From positions 17,484,001-17,548,000 of the forward strand of contig CP075492.1 of the NCBI GenBank assembly GCA_021613535.1: a DNA stretch of 64,000 bases. The letters are read 5' to 3'. The notes beneath the pieces are model-generated. The model was not told the origin of the DNA, did not search any database, and was given only the letters and a program-made list of their open reading frames with translations. The position numbers and the translations under genes are program-made. This DNA comes from Adineta vaga (taxonomy: Eukaryota; Animalia; Rotifera). Below, in pieces: positions 53,473-64,000 of this stretch (its first letter is position 1; the number at the start of each line of letters is the position of its first letter).

Positions 53473-54381
53473 ATGCGAAATTTCCTATAGATTGTCTCAA
53501 CTTTCTGTTTTGCCATTTTGACAAAGAACAATAAATACAACAATATAATTTTCGAACACATTTACAGTACTATCATCACGCGTATCTTTGGAGATTCGAA
53601 GTGGGTGGTCGAGGATTGAATGTATATGGTTGTAATTCAAACGGTGGAGGTGCAATAGAGTTATACGATTCGATTAATTCTGATTCTCAAAAAATGGAAA
53701 ATAGAATGGACTGGATCAGTTTATTGAAATCAAAAGTACATAAAGATCTTTGAGAGTGGGTGACTACATGAAGATTCATCTACTTTTTTGTAAAGGTTGT
53801 TTGTTTCGATTTTTCTTCGCTTCTCAAGGTCAGTATGCTCTCGAAAACATTTTTGGTTGAAAAAATTGAACCATTTCTATCAAAAACCTCAAGTTCTGGA
53901 TCGCCGTCTAGAAAAGCAGTTCTATATAGTCAGATATAGAGAATATGTCGGGAAAAGCCTAGAAATTGTCAAAAACGACATTTCATAATTTTCTTTTGCT
54001 GACCAACATGGAAACAGTCTAGAAGTACCTTGTCTCTTTGGACTTTTCCCCCTAATCATTTTAGTTCTAATAAGCATTTCGATTGAGTTGGAAGAAATTA
54101 GAAAGAAGCACATCATAACACATAAATAACTCTGAATTCTGTGTTTTTGTTTGACTTCTTACTCGCAAACATTCGAAAGAAGAGATTTTTCTTCTGTCGC
54201 TTCAATCTTTTCTGTACTCTTTGGGTTTTTTCCCATTCTATACAATGAATTAGTTGTAACAAAGAAAAAAAAAATCGTAAAAATATATTTATTCACGTAC
54301 GGTTGATATTCATTTTTTATTTGCGTGAACGCTTTCAGTTTCATCGTAGTTAAATGTCGATAACAGAAATTTTTACTTAGA

Positions 54382-54906
54382 ATGAACAATCAACCTACCT
54401 CTGATTCGACAACAGATTCTGTTCTGCAACCTCTTCAACCCGTGCATCATCATAAGTTGGATGAAGAAGAACAAGATCCTTTAACACAGAGCAGTTCTAA
54501 CTATAATAAATGGCATATCTTGTTTGTGAGCTTTGCCATATACATGGCATCTCTTGGTCTCACTCTTTTCATTATTTCTACTCATATCCAATATGAATCT
54601 GATATAAATTGGCTACATCGTATTGGTGCAGTTCTGTTAAGTTTTTGTGCGTTGGTTTATATTGGCTCCGCAGGGCTAGCCTTCTACATACGTAGTTCAT
54701 CTACTATACCGCTATATCTAACCGGTTGCGTTGCAGGAACAACCATGATTAAAATTTTAGTTTTTGGAATCGCCAAAGGTGCTATATCACAACACCTGAG
54801 ATACAATGTCGCAATTGGTATATTAGCAGGACTGGCTAGTTTGGCGGTTATTCTTTTATTGGTAATTGAATATTTATGGGGCCGGAAAAAAAACCTAAAA
54901 AACTGA
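54382..54906 (+). CDS. Small 4-TM membrane protein of unknown function
   Basis: 174-aa ORF with a polar N-terminus, four hydrophobic helices and a basic tail. Confidence 0.65.
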   Translation: MNNQPTSDSTTDSVLQPLQPVHHHKLDEEEQDPLTQSSSNYNKWHILFVSFAIYMASLGLTLFIISTHIQYESDINWLHRIGAVLLSFCALVYIGSAGLAFYIRSSSTIPLYLTGCVAGTTMIKILVFGIAKGAISQHLRYNVAIGILAGLASLAVILLLVIEYLWGRKKNLKN

Positions 54907-55180
54907 GTATACATTTTTCTATTTCAACATTTGAGTGCTCCGCACATTTACTGATTCAGCACAGCTCTCGAGAAATTTCCACTAAAAACCCATACTATTA
55001 ACAATACTGAATTGTTTTGACGCACTATCGCTGGAGATTTCTTCATTGTTGTTCTGTCATTACCATAGTAGCATGTAAAAAAAGAAGAGAAAAAATTAAT
55101 AACAGTTTCTTCAATCGAATGTTTTGAATATTTATTAACGGGTGAACTTTTTCATGCATTTTACGGACTTAATTATTGAT

Positions 55181-55231
55181 TTAGGGTATGGGTGTAAGTG
55201 TATCTCCTCTTCTTTCACACCCACACCCTCA
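55181..55231. repeat. Telomere-like inverted-repeat hairpin element
   Basis: TTAGGGTATGGGTGT...ACACCCACACCCTCA. Confidence 0.85.
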
Positions 55232-55345
55232 CAAATTTCTTAATTTAAAAATTTAATTTCTCTTTAGATAAAAAATATCGAAAAGATTTTCACAAGTTCA
55301 AATAAACTAATTTTTATTTCCAAATTAAAAAGAAAATCAAAAGTA

Positions 55346-57034
55346 ATGAATCGTTTTGTTGATATTGATTGTTCTTTCAAAAGACTTCCAGCTATCTATG
55401 GTTATCGAAGTGCAAAACTTGTTTCACTTGAAGAATCTTTACAACCAATTCAATTACACATTCATCAACTACCTTTATATGTCCAAGCAGCAAAAGAACG
55501 TTGTCATTTTCCATCGGAAGATGGTTTAACACGCGATGAATCTGCTTCCATCTACATTTATACAATGGAATGGGGTGAAACAAGTTTATATCGAGTTTTA
55601 AACAAAGTTTTACGTGATGAAAATCGAGATGCTTTGACAATTTGGTTTTCTTATTTGAAATTATTTGATTCTGCTTTGGACAAATTACCACCTGTTCGAG
55701 AAAATGTTTGGCGTGGTGTTTCAAATGATATTGGAAAGAATTTCTCTAAAAATCAACAATTAACATGGTGGAGTGTCAATTCTTGTTCATCTTCAGTTGA
55801 TGTGATCAAACATTTTCTTGGAGATGAAATAAATTCAACAATATTTCTCATTGAAACATCAAGTGGAAAGAAAATCTCAGGTTACACTAATCACAAACAA
55901 GAAGATGAAGTCATTTTAAAAATGGGAACTAATTTTCGTGTTCAAGGTAATGCTTTAGAACATCCAAAAGGTTCATTCCATGTTCATCTGGTGGAAATTA
56001 ATGATGAAAAAGAGCAAGAACGCACATTGACATCTGCAATGAATAATTTACTAACAAGAACAATTCTAAAAGAGAGGAGTAAGTAGAAATTCAATGAGAA
56101 TCACAACAAAATTTATTTTCTTTTTCCTTTCAAAGAATTTAAATTCAACAAATGGAAACAACATGCAACAATTGTTGCAGGAGGAAACGAAGATGGAAGG
56201 GAATTAAATCAACTCTGGAGCCCTGAAGGAATTTATATTGACAAAAAGCAAAATATTTTTGTTGCTGATCTGGGAAATGATCGAATTATTGAATGGAAAT
56301 CAAATGGAAAGAAAGGAAAAATTGTTGCAGGTGGAAATGGAAAAGGAGAAAGAATTGATCAATTGGATGGACCAATAAATGTGATTATTGATGAACAAAG
56401 TAATTCACTGATTATCGCTGATCAAGGCAACAGACGAGTGATTCGATGGTTGAATCAAAATCAACAAGAAATTATCATTGAAAATATTTCGTGTCATGGT
56501 TTTACAAAAGATAAATTTGGATTTCTTTATATTTGTGATGAACAGAAGAATGAAGTGAGAAGATGGAAAATCGGGGAAAAAGAAGGACAAATAGTTGCGG
56601 GTGGAAATGGAAAAGGAGATCAACTTAATCAATTGAATGGTCCTACTTTTATCTTTATTGATGATGAACAATCGATTTATGTTTCGGATTGTTTGAATGA
56701 GCGTGTAATGAAATGGAGAAAAGATGCAAAAGAAGGAATTGTTGTTGCTGGTGGAAATGATGAAGGAGATAGTCTCAATCAATTGTCGTGTCCTTATGGA
56801 ATAGTTGTCGATCATATAGGTCAAGTTTATGTTGCAGATTGTAATAACAATCGAATAGTGCGTTGGTGCGAAGGAAAAGAAGAAGGTGAAATTATTGTTG
56901 GTGGAAATGGAGAAGGAGAAGAATTAAATAAATTGAATTGTCCCAGTGGTTTATCATTTGATGTTGAAGGAAATCTTTATGTTGCTGATTGTTGGAATCA
57001 TCGAATCGCAAGATTTGATTTAATTTTGGAATAA
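55346..57034 (+). CDS. ADP-ribosyltransferase (R-S-E) plus NHL-repeat beta-propeller, 2 exons (55346-56078, 56136-57034)
   Basis: LTRDESASIYIYTME, VWRGV, NSCSSS, QEDEVIL. A phase-1 intron joins to repeated VAGGNG.G..LNQL..P NHL units. Confidence 0.9.
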
Positions 57035-57154
57035 AAAACGGAATACTTAAGTGTTTCGGACTTTTGGAAATCAGTCTCTTCTTTTTTTTCAGTACGCTGA
57101 GTGATTCTTTTCTATGATTAATTTAAACAAAAGATAAATAATTTATTTTCTTAT

Positions 57155-59035
57155 TAGCTGTTCAATTTGTTTTACAAGAAGTGGTTGAAAATATACTTTT
57201 TGTGTTCTTCGAAGAATTCTTCCACTTCTATCATCATTTCTGGCCATGATAATTCAAATTCTGCATACATTGGTTTTAAAAACTTCATTTCTCCATTTTG
57301 TCCAAGAAATTTAAAAATATCATCTAATGCTTCAATATATTTCACTCGAACACATAATAGATACCATTTGATAACATATATCACCATTAGAAATTAATGA
57401 AGGTTGATTAGCTAATTGACGACATTGTCGTTCAAGTTCAGTTGAATAATCAACAGTTATTGGAGGTATTCCAGGTTTATATAACCATGAATTTCAATCA
57501 ACTTAATTTTTTATCTGTGGAAAATATGATTCAAAATATTGAATAAAATCATCAGTATTCAGAGATCGATAAGTAAATTTTTTCATATATGAACGAAGAA
57601 ATTGATCAAAATCAACTTCTGAACCAACAATATCATGTTCAAGGTATCAGAGAAGTGCTGCACCTTTATAATATTGTGCTAAAATAGTTTGAAATATTAG
57701 AAAGATACTATAAAACAAAACTAAATGAAATCTTACTAGAATTATAAACATCATCAGGATCGATATTTTTCAAACGATAAACTAAACATGTATATGGATT
57801 AGTTGAGCCAAAATCGATTAGAGCTGATTTTCATCCTTGCCATCGTTGAGCAGAATGAAAACATCGCGCTTCACCATTATCTTTAGCTAAAAGTCCGATT
57901 AACTTCGCTTGAATAAATTATGTGAAACCTTCATTCAACCAAAAATGTTCCCAATTTTCATTTGTTACCAGATTACCTAGAAAGCAAGATAAAGGATAAA
58001 AACAATTCAAACTTTATATTCTACCAGTCCATGAATGAGTTAATTCATGTACAATTACACTTGTCAATGATCGATCACCAACTAATCTCGCTGATGAAAT
58101 AAAATTCATACATGGGATAGTGGAAGAACAAGAAAATCATATCGTTTCCATTGATATTCACCGAGAAGTTGTTCAGCAATAGACAAAACATGTTCAGTCT
58201 CTTCAAATTCATATTTACATCGTTCACGACAACTTCCTCCACTCTATACTCGTATACGATCGCTTAAATCATACGAAACTACATGACCAACAGCAATTGC
58301 GATTAAATAAGATGGAGCAACAATTGTTTGCTCAAAATAAAATGTATTTGTATCTATATCATGTTTGGTTTCAATTGCACTCATTAACTAAATTCATGAA
58401 TATTATTGAAAAGAAGGATAATATATCGAACTTGTACCGCTATTAATGGTTTAGGACAACTAATTTTCGCTGTATATGTACTTTTCACACCAGATGTATC
58501 TTGACAAGGATATAATGATCGTGCATGAATTGCTCGACATTGACTATACATAAATGGATATTGTCGATCAGCGGTTTGTTCTTTTGACATCCATTGTAAT
58601 GCTTTTGATTGATTAGATGATGTTGAATAATAAATCAAAATAGAAATAGAAATAATGTCCATTGGAATTTGTTTCATATCGATAAATAATAAATGAGATT
58701 TAGTATTGATTTTAAATGAAAGTAATGTTATTTTATATATGATTTTTTTCTATATTTTTAATTGATAAGCATCAAGAACAAGTTTTCCATCGAGATTATG
58801 AGGTATTTCATCATTGTTTTTGATTGAGACGAACAATATCTAATTGAACATGACCATGTAGAATACGACTATCAAAATCAACATTCGAATCAAAATGTGT
58901 ATGATTCACATGAAATCGATTAAAATTTGAAATTGAATTTGGACCATAATAGAGATAAGTATGATTAGTCTATAATATAGTATTTTATAGATTGTAATTT
59001 CTATATGCAATTATAATACTCACATTCATCATCAT
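57155..59035 (-). pseudogene. LTA4H: Leukotriene A4 hydrolase / M1 aminopeptidase pseudogene
   Basis: PNSISNF, SQCRAIHARSLYPCQDT, APSYLIAIAVG, VHELTHSWTG|NLVT...FWLNEGFT (HEXXH+18E), KGAALL. Stops after EGFT and in LL*YLE, and frameshifts around the expected GxMEN motif. Confidence 0.85.
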
Positions 59036-59351
59036 CATTATTTTTTATCAGCAACTAGCAATGATAGAATCTCTTATGTAAAGTTAATCTTTCTTAACTT
59101 TTTGATTACACAGATATGTCACGATAATATACTCTTATTAAAATGTGTTGTACAACATTTACGTAGGATGTCGTACGATATTTGCTGAGAAAAATCCAAT
59201 GAATGACAACGAAAAAAGTACGTTTGAAACATGAAAGTGTCAATTATGAGTCATAAGATATAGATAAAATTCGAAATTCGAAATGTTCTGAAAGGTAAAG
59301 GATATGAGATGGATATCTTACCAAGAGTCTTCAAGACTATCACTTTTCGAA

Positions 59352-59403
59352 AGGGTATGGGTGAGAGAAAGACATGCTCTTCACACCCACACCCACCCTC
59401 AAG
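59352..59403. repeat. Telomere-like inverted-repeat hairpin element
   Basis: AGGGTATGGGTGA...TCACACCCACACCCACCCTCAAG. Confidence 0.85.
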
Positions 59404-60826
59404 AATTAAAACGAATCTTTATCTAGTTTTGAGTATGACGATCGAAATAGTCTCACCATTTCAGTAACAGATCAGTGAAATCAGAGGATAAGCGTTACTT
59501 GTGTATAATTATGCATGCTTTCATCGGAAGATTTACCTCTAGATGTGGAAAAAAGTCACCACATGAATGAGAAAATGACAATACTGTCTCGATTTGGTGC
59601 GACAAAAAGCATCTAATTAGAATAACAATACGTCATCACCATCTACCCCACACATTAGTGTGACACTCTTTCTTTTCTGAGTAATCACCCATGATAGATA
59701 TTTGCGTATAATTTTTGTATTGTATTTTTATAAATAGTTATTCCCACTATTGTATTTCGTGTTTGAATGATGAGTCATGTAAAGAACGAGAAAAAATTGA
59801 TCCTTGTACATTAACTTGTCTCCTCGAAATTCATCTGTCATTTTCTTAATAAGGTAAAAAAACTTTCATCGAGTTTTTTGTCTCACAGTGTCGATCTAAA
59901 CAGGTATGTTATGCTTGAATCTGCATCACATTCATGCACACTCTCAAAGTTTTATTCGTTGGGTAATAATTATCTTTTCTGAACGGAAGGATTATAGGCT
60001 CGTTATATAGGCTGCTTAAAATCAGTTAAGTTTGTTTGTTTGTTTGTCAAATTCAATCAGAAACAACATTTCATCAAACAATTGAAATTTACTAGTATCT
60101 TCTAGAAGACGATCTTTTTGGAGGTGATCGGGACGGCGAGGGTAACGGTAGATAAAATAAGTTAAAGACATAAACTTCATGAGAAATGGTGAAGTGCTAC
60201 GATTCTTCAAGTAAAAGAAAGCTTCATCTTACCTTAAGCACGATGACCATTTTGATCACATGCTTTCAGCAGATGATTAGCGGTAATTTCGCCGCGCTAT
60301 TTGTTCTAAATGTAATGAATTTTGCATTGAATTCGAATTAATCTGAACACTATCTATTAGCACTGGACTACAAATGAATATTTCTCAGCATTTTTTGTCT
60401 ATTCTTGAGAAACTATTCACGTTGAAAGCAAAGAATTACTGAAAAGTATAAGTTGAGAACAGCATATTGTATCGGGCAGTTTTCGATTTAATGAAAACTA
60501 GGCTCTCATGCCGAATTTCATTCCGTCATGCGTATACTCTCATTCAACTATAATGCACTGAGTTTCTGCTATTTTCAAACAATAAAACTATGTGAAATAA
60601 ACACGCACATGTAGTTCTGTCTCACTGAAAGCTGACTGTTTGTGACTTATAAGTCTTTATAACTATATACATGACAATTAAAAATTACTTTGAACGTTAG
60701 CGAAAACAATCAGTTATGCTTTTATTGTTCGATTGCCTTCCAGTTCTCTCACATATTTCTCATCTTGATTAGCTTATATCTACCATTTTGCGTATACATT
60801 TTCTTTTCCTTACCAAATTACATAGG

Positions 60827-61300
60827 ATGGTGTCGATACCTGCACTCTTTCTTTTAATATTAGATGGATTGGTCTACATTATGTCTGTTACCGGACAATC
60901 TTGCAAGGCTAAAGTATACGACTCATCAGATAAATGCAACGGTCGATTATCGATTCGTAATCCATGTAATTCGGCAACGCTTCATTTAGGTGCAACGAAC
61001 TTAAAATCATGCACTGATGTTAACCTTTCATGGGATTATCCGACGAGCAATTTAACTATAGTTATTGAAACACCTTTCACTCAACGGCGTCAGCCATATG
61101 CTGTTAACTTGAAGGGTCATTGTGAATTTGACTGTAAAATGTATCGAATACTAGACGGTAAAGAAACTGAATTGAAATTTAATGGCAAATCTCAATCACA
61201 AAAGTCGGATTGCAATTATCAAGTTATAATAAAACTACAGTTTCCACCGACGCTAAACTTATTTATTTTCTATCTTAATTATAACGTTACCAAAATTTAA
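60827..61300 (+). CDS. Small Cys-containing secreted protein of unknown function
   Basis: MVSIPALFLLILDGLV... signal-like N-terminus, 7 Cys, AATAAA overlapping the stop. Confidence 0.6.
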   Translation: MVSIPALFLLILDGLVYIMSVTGQSCKAKVYDSSDKCNGRLSIRNPCNSATLHLGATNLKSCTDVNLSWDYPTSNLTIVIETPFTQRRQPYAVNLKGHCEFDCKMYRILDGKETELKFNGKSQSQKSDCNYQVIIKLQFPPTLNLFIFYLNYNVTKI

Positions 61301-61739
61301 TAAAAACTAGTTGATTCAAATGAAATTCTGTTTTTTTTTGAATAAATAATAAAACGAAAAGAACATCTTTTGAAAACAACTATAGTTTGATTGTTACAAA
61401 GTCGAAAAGTTCTTTTTTCTGTTTTTATCGATATTACATATCGATCCCACACCCTAGATAGTTTTTAATAGATTTTTTGGACGAATAAAACTGTCCGACG
61501 CTTTAACATTTAATTGAGTACAAAAATGTAACAGTATGTATTTATAATTCAAGCATATTACTCACGCAGAAACAATTATTAAAATTAGAAATTTGATGAT
61601 TTCTAGGAAAATTAATAAATTATTTTTAAATGGATTAAAATTCATTAAAAATTTAATGAGATTTTTGTGATTTTATTCTAAAATTCACAATTACGTTTTT
61701 TAGTATAAAACAAATAGAGCAGCACTGTTGTTTTCCACA

Positions 61740-62633
61740 TCATCCAATTTCTTCTAAAACCACGTTAATTTGTTTTTGCTCTAGATGTTTTTCGAATAAA
61801 ATGATTCGAAAGGGAACATATGGATAAAGTAATATTTCTCCTTCGATACTAAATGCTGATATACTTGATATGTTAAGAGCTGTATGTCGATGATTATGCA
61901 GAAGATATGTACATGAAACTGATATTTCATTTGGATTATTGAAATTTCTATCTTTGAACATATTTGAAACATTTGGATTTGTTGAAGTTGACAAAAATGT
62001 CGTTGTTATAATTATAGAACCATTTTTATATCCTTCCAATAGTTTTAGATCATCAATCACCGCACCACGATATACAGTGAAATGACCTTCACATACGAAT
62101 TTATCCAAACTTGGATGAAACATTATAGCAAGAAATGCTTGAATACCATCTTGGGTACATGCTAAGACAGTGCAATTGAGTGATGTGCAATAAAGAGTAA
62201 ATTCATGAAAAGTATTTCTCGCCATATCCTTTTTGATTATTTCACCAAACTTTTGTGAACAAGTATAAGCAGAAACAACGGACTTAGAATCTTCGTTTTC
62301 ACTGGCAAACTTAAGCTTATTCAAAATTTCTTTCCACGTATTGATATCTTCCGATTTGTCAATATAATCTAAATAACCTTTTATAAAGGCATAAACTGAA
62401 TCTTTAATCGTCGCATTTGATCGAAAAAGAATTTTGATCAACCAATGTCGTTTTCTGTATAATTCTTCGTAATATAAACGAAAACGTTCTGCTTTTTTCA
62501 AAGCTGAAGTGTATTCATCATTTAAATGCCATTCATAGACAGTTTTTAATACAGGGCAATTGATATAACATTGATTGTTCATATCTAAATCTAAAAAAGA
62601 TTCAGTTACTGATACTGATGGTTTTATTCCCAT
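61740..62633 (-). CDS. Standalone ADP-ribosyltransferase (R-S-E) domain protein, intronless
   Basis: VSAYT, VYRGA, TFLSTS, ISAFSIEGEILL.PY.PFRI. Likely start MGIKPS at 62633. Confidence 0.8.
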   Translation of the reverse strand: MGIKPSVSVTESFLDLDMNNQCYINCPVLKTVYEWHLNDEYTSALKKAERFRLYYEELYRKRHWLIKILFRSNATIKDSVYAFIKGYLDYIDKSEDINTWKEILNKLKFASENEDSKSVVSAYTCSQKFGEIIKKDMARNTFHEFTLYCTSLNCTVLACTQDGIQAFLAIMFHPSLDKFVCEGHFTVYRGAVIDDLKLLEGYKNGSIIITTTFLSTSTNPNVSNMFKDRNFNNPNEISVSCTYLLHNHRHTALNISSISAFSIEGEILLYPYVPFRIILFEKHLEQKQINVVLEEIG

Positions 62634-62814
62634 TCTTTCACAAATAAAAACCGAAAAAAAGAAAAACATTCATGTGTAGGATTGATGTTTATGTCGTAAG
62701 GTTGGAAAAAAAGAAAAAAATTCTTATCACTTTCTTTTTTTATATGTGATAAGACACATAAATTTGAAAAAAACTTAGTGACAGTAAGTTAAACTGAGTG
62801 ACCTTCGACGTAAA

Positions 62815-63867
62815 ATGTTGATTAACTGTTCGAATAATGGTCAATTGATATGGAATGAGGTTTTAAATCAATCCTATTGTCAATATAATCCTTGTTATCA
62901 AGGTTTCAATTGTTTGGAATTAATTCCTAGAAAACAACAAGTACAATTCGATCTAAACCGTGATAACTTCATCATTTCTTTAATTCTTACATTTTTATCA
63001 TTATTGAACAATGGTTTGACCTTAAAAATATGTATACGTAGCAAACGGATACGTTCTACGAATATTGGTATTTATCTAATTATTTATTCACTTATTTCTA
63101 TAGTTGGAAGAATATTACTTTTCATTGCTTATTCAATACAATATGTGAAACCGACTAATTTACATAATAATATCGAAGTTGATGAAACACTTGATTGTTT
63201 TCTAATGAAGGTAGGCGAACATGTAGCAACCTTTATTTGTTTATGGTTAAGTGCACTTATTGCTTTTGAACGTGCTTTAATCATCTGTTCGACAGTTAGA
63301 ATGAATGCCAGTCGATGGAAATCAATAAAAATCTTATTGATCAGTTTATGTCTTATCGTTCCAAGTTGTGTTCTAATGTTAATTTATCGATGTCAATGGG
63401 GTGTACCGCATGGAACACTAAAATCTCGTTTAACATCTGCTTTGATATATATCGTTGGTTTTCTTGCAGGAATTATTTATATTACATCAACAATCATTGT
63501 TCTAAAGAATTTTGTTTCACGTATATTTGATTTTACTACTGTACAACAATCAAGAAAGAAAATCTATATAACATTATTAAAAAGACATTTCTTTATATTT
63601 CTTCCACCACTGATCTATCTTCTTTGTATTCTTCCGTATCAAATCTGGTATCCAATTAATCGTTACAAACAACCTTTTTTGTATTGTGGAATCTCAGTTA
63701 CTGAATATCTATTTAAGATTTTAGTCAAACAATTAACGACAGTTCCAACTGCAATTACCTGATTGATATTTATCTATCCATCAAATGTATATATGACTGA
63801 ATTTTATCGAGAGACACAACCAGGAAGATGTATAAAACAACTACTACTTCGTTTACATTTTCTATGA
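62815..63867 (+). pseudogene. EGF-like plus 7TM GPCR with a premature TGA in TM7
   Basis: CSNNG...CYQGFNC, then TM helices and IAFERA. TGA at 63760-62 sits at a probable Trp, and the frame continues LIFIYPSNVYMTEF to a stop at 63867. Confidence 0.7.
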
Positions 63868-63869
63868 GA

Positions 63870-63933
63870 AGGGTGAGGGTGGATGTGGGTTAATGATAAA
63901 CACCAACAACCACAATTCACACCCACCCTCAAG
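63870..63933. repeat. Telomere-like inverted-repeat hairpin element
   Basis: AGGGTGAGGGTGGATGTGGG...TCACACCCACCCTCAAG, immediately after the GPCR stop. Confidence 0.85.
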
Positions 63934-64000
63934 ATTCGAAATATACTTGATAATTTTGTCATAGTTATGGAACAACTGTGTATATTAGCAGACAAAAGTA

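Noticed and set aside
2758-63933. CRISPR-like reading of conserved arms with variable spacers
   Set aside because: The copies are dispersed inverted repeats rather than a direct-repeat array, there are no cas genes, and the DNA is eukaryotic.

Overview
AT-rich eukaryotic genomic DNA with short (about 45-60 nt) GT-AG introns. The gene families (ART+TPR, ART+NHL, F-box/LRR, divergent GPCRs, a SABATH methyltransferase, intronless bacterial/fungal-like genes) suggest a bdelloid rotifer; this is an inference. Apparently intact genes: the 5' part of a Dicer, two GPCRs, an EF-hand-like protein, two divergent proline-rich paralogs, a nucleoredoxin-like gene (WCPPS), an F-box/LRR gene, cathepsin L, three R-S-E ADP-ribosyltransferase genes, a BPL_N/GATase-like gene and two small membrane or secreted proteins. 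There are several pseudogenes (VIT/vWA, USP-like, P-loop, ART-TPR, triple-repeat membrane protein, SABATH, LTA4H, EGF-GPCR) and many TE relics (MITEs, a foldback, piggyBac, hAT, env-like, tRNA-like). The main unexplained structure is a family of about 20 short hairpins made of head-to-head telomere-like repeats (CTTGAGGGTGTGGGTG...spacer...CACCCACACCCTCAAG) that bracket almost every gene. A second notable feature is a 217-bp MITE inserted in frame in a coding exon. All calls were made by eye, with no database searches.
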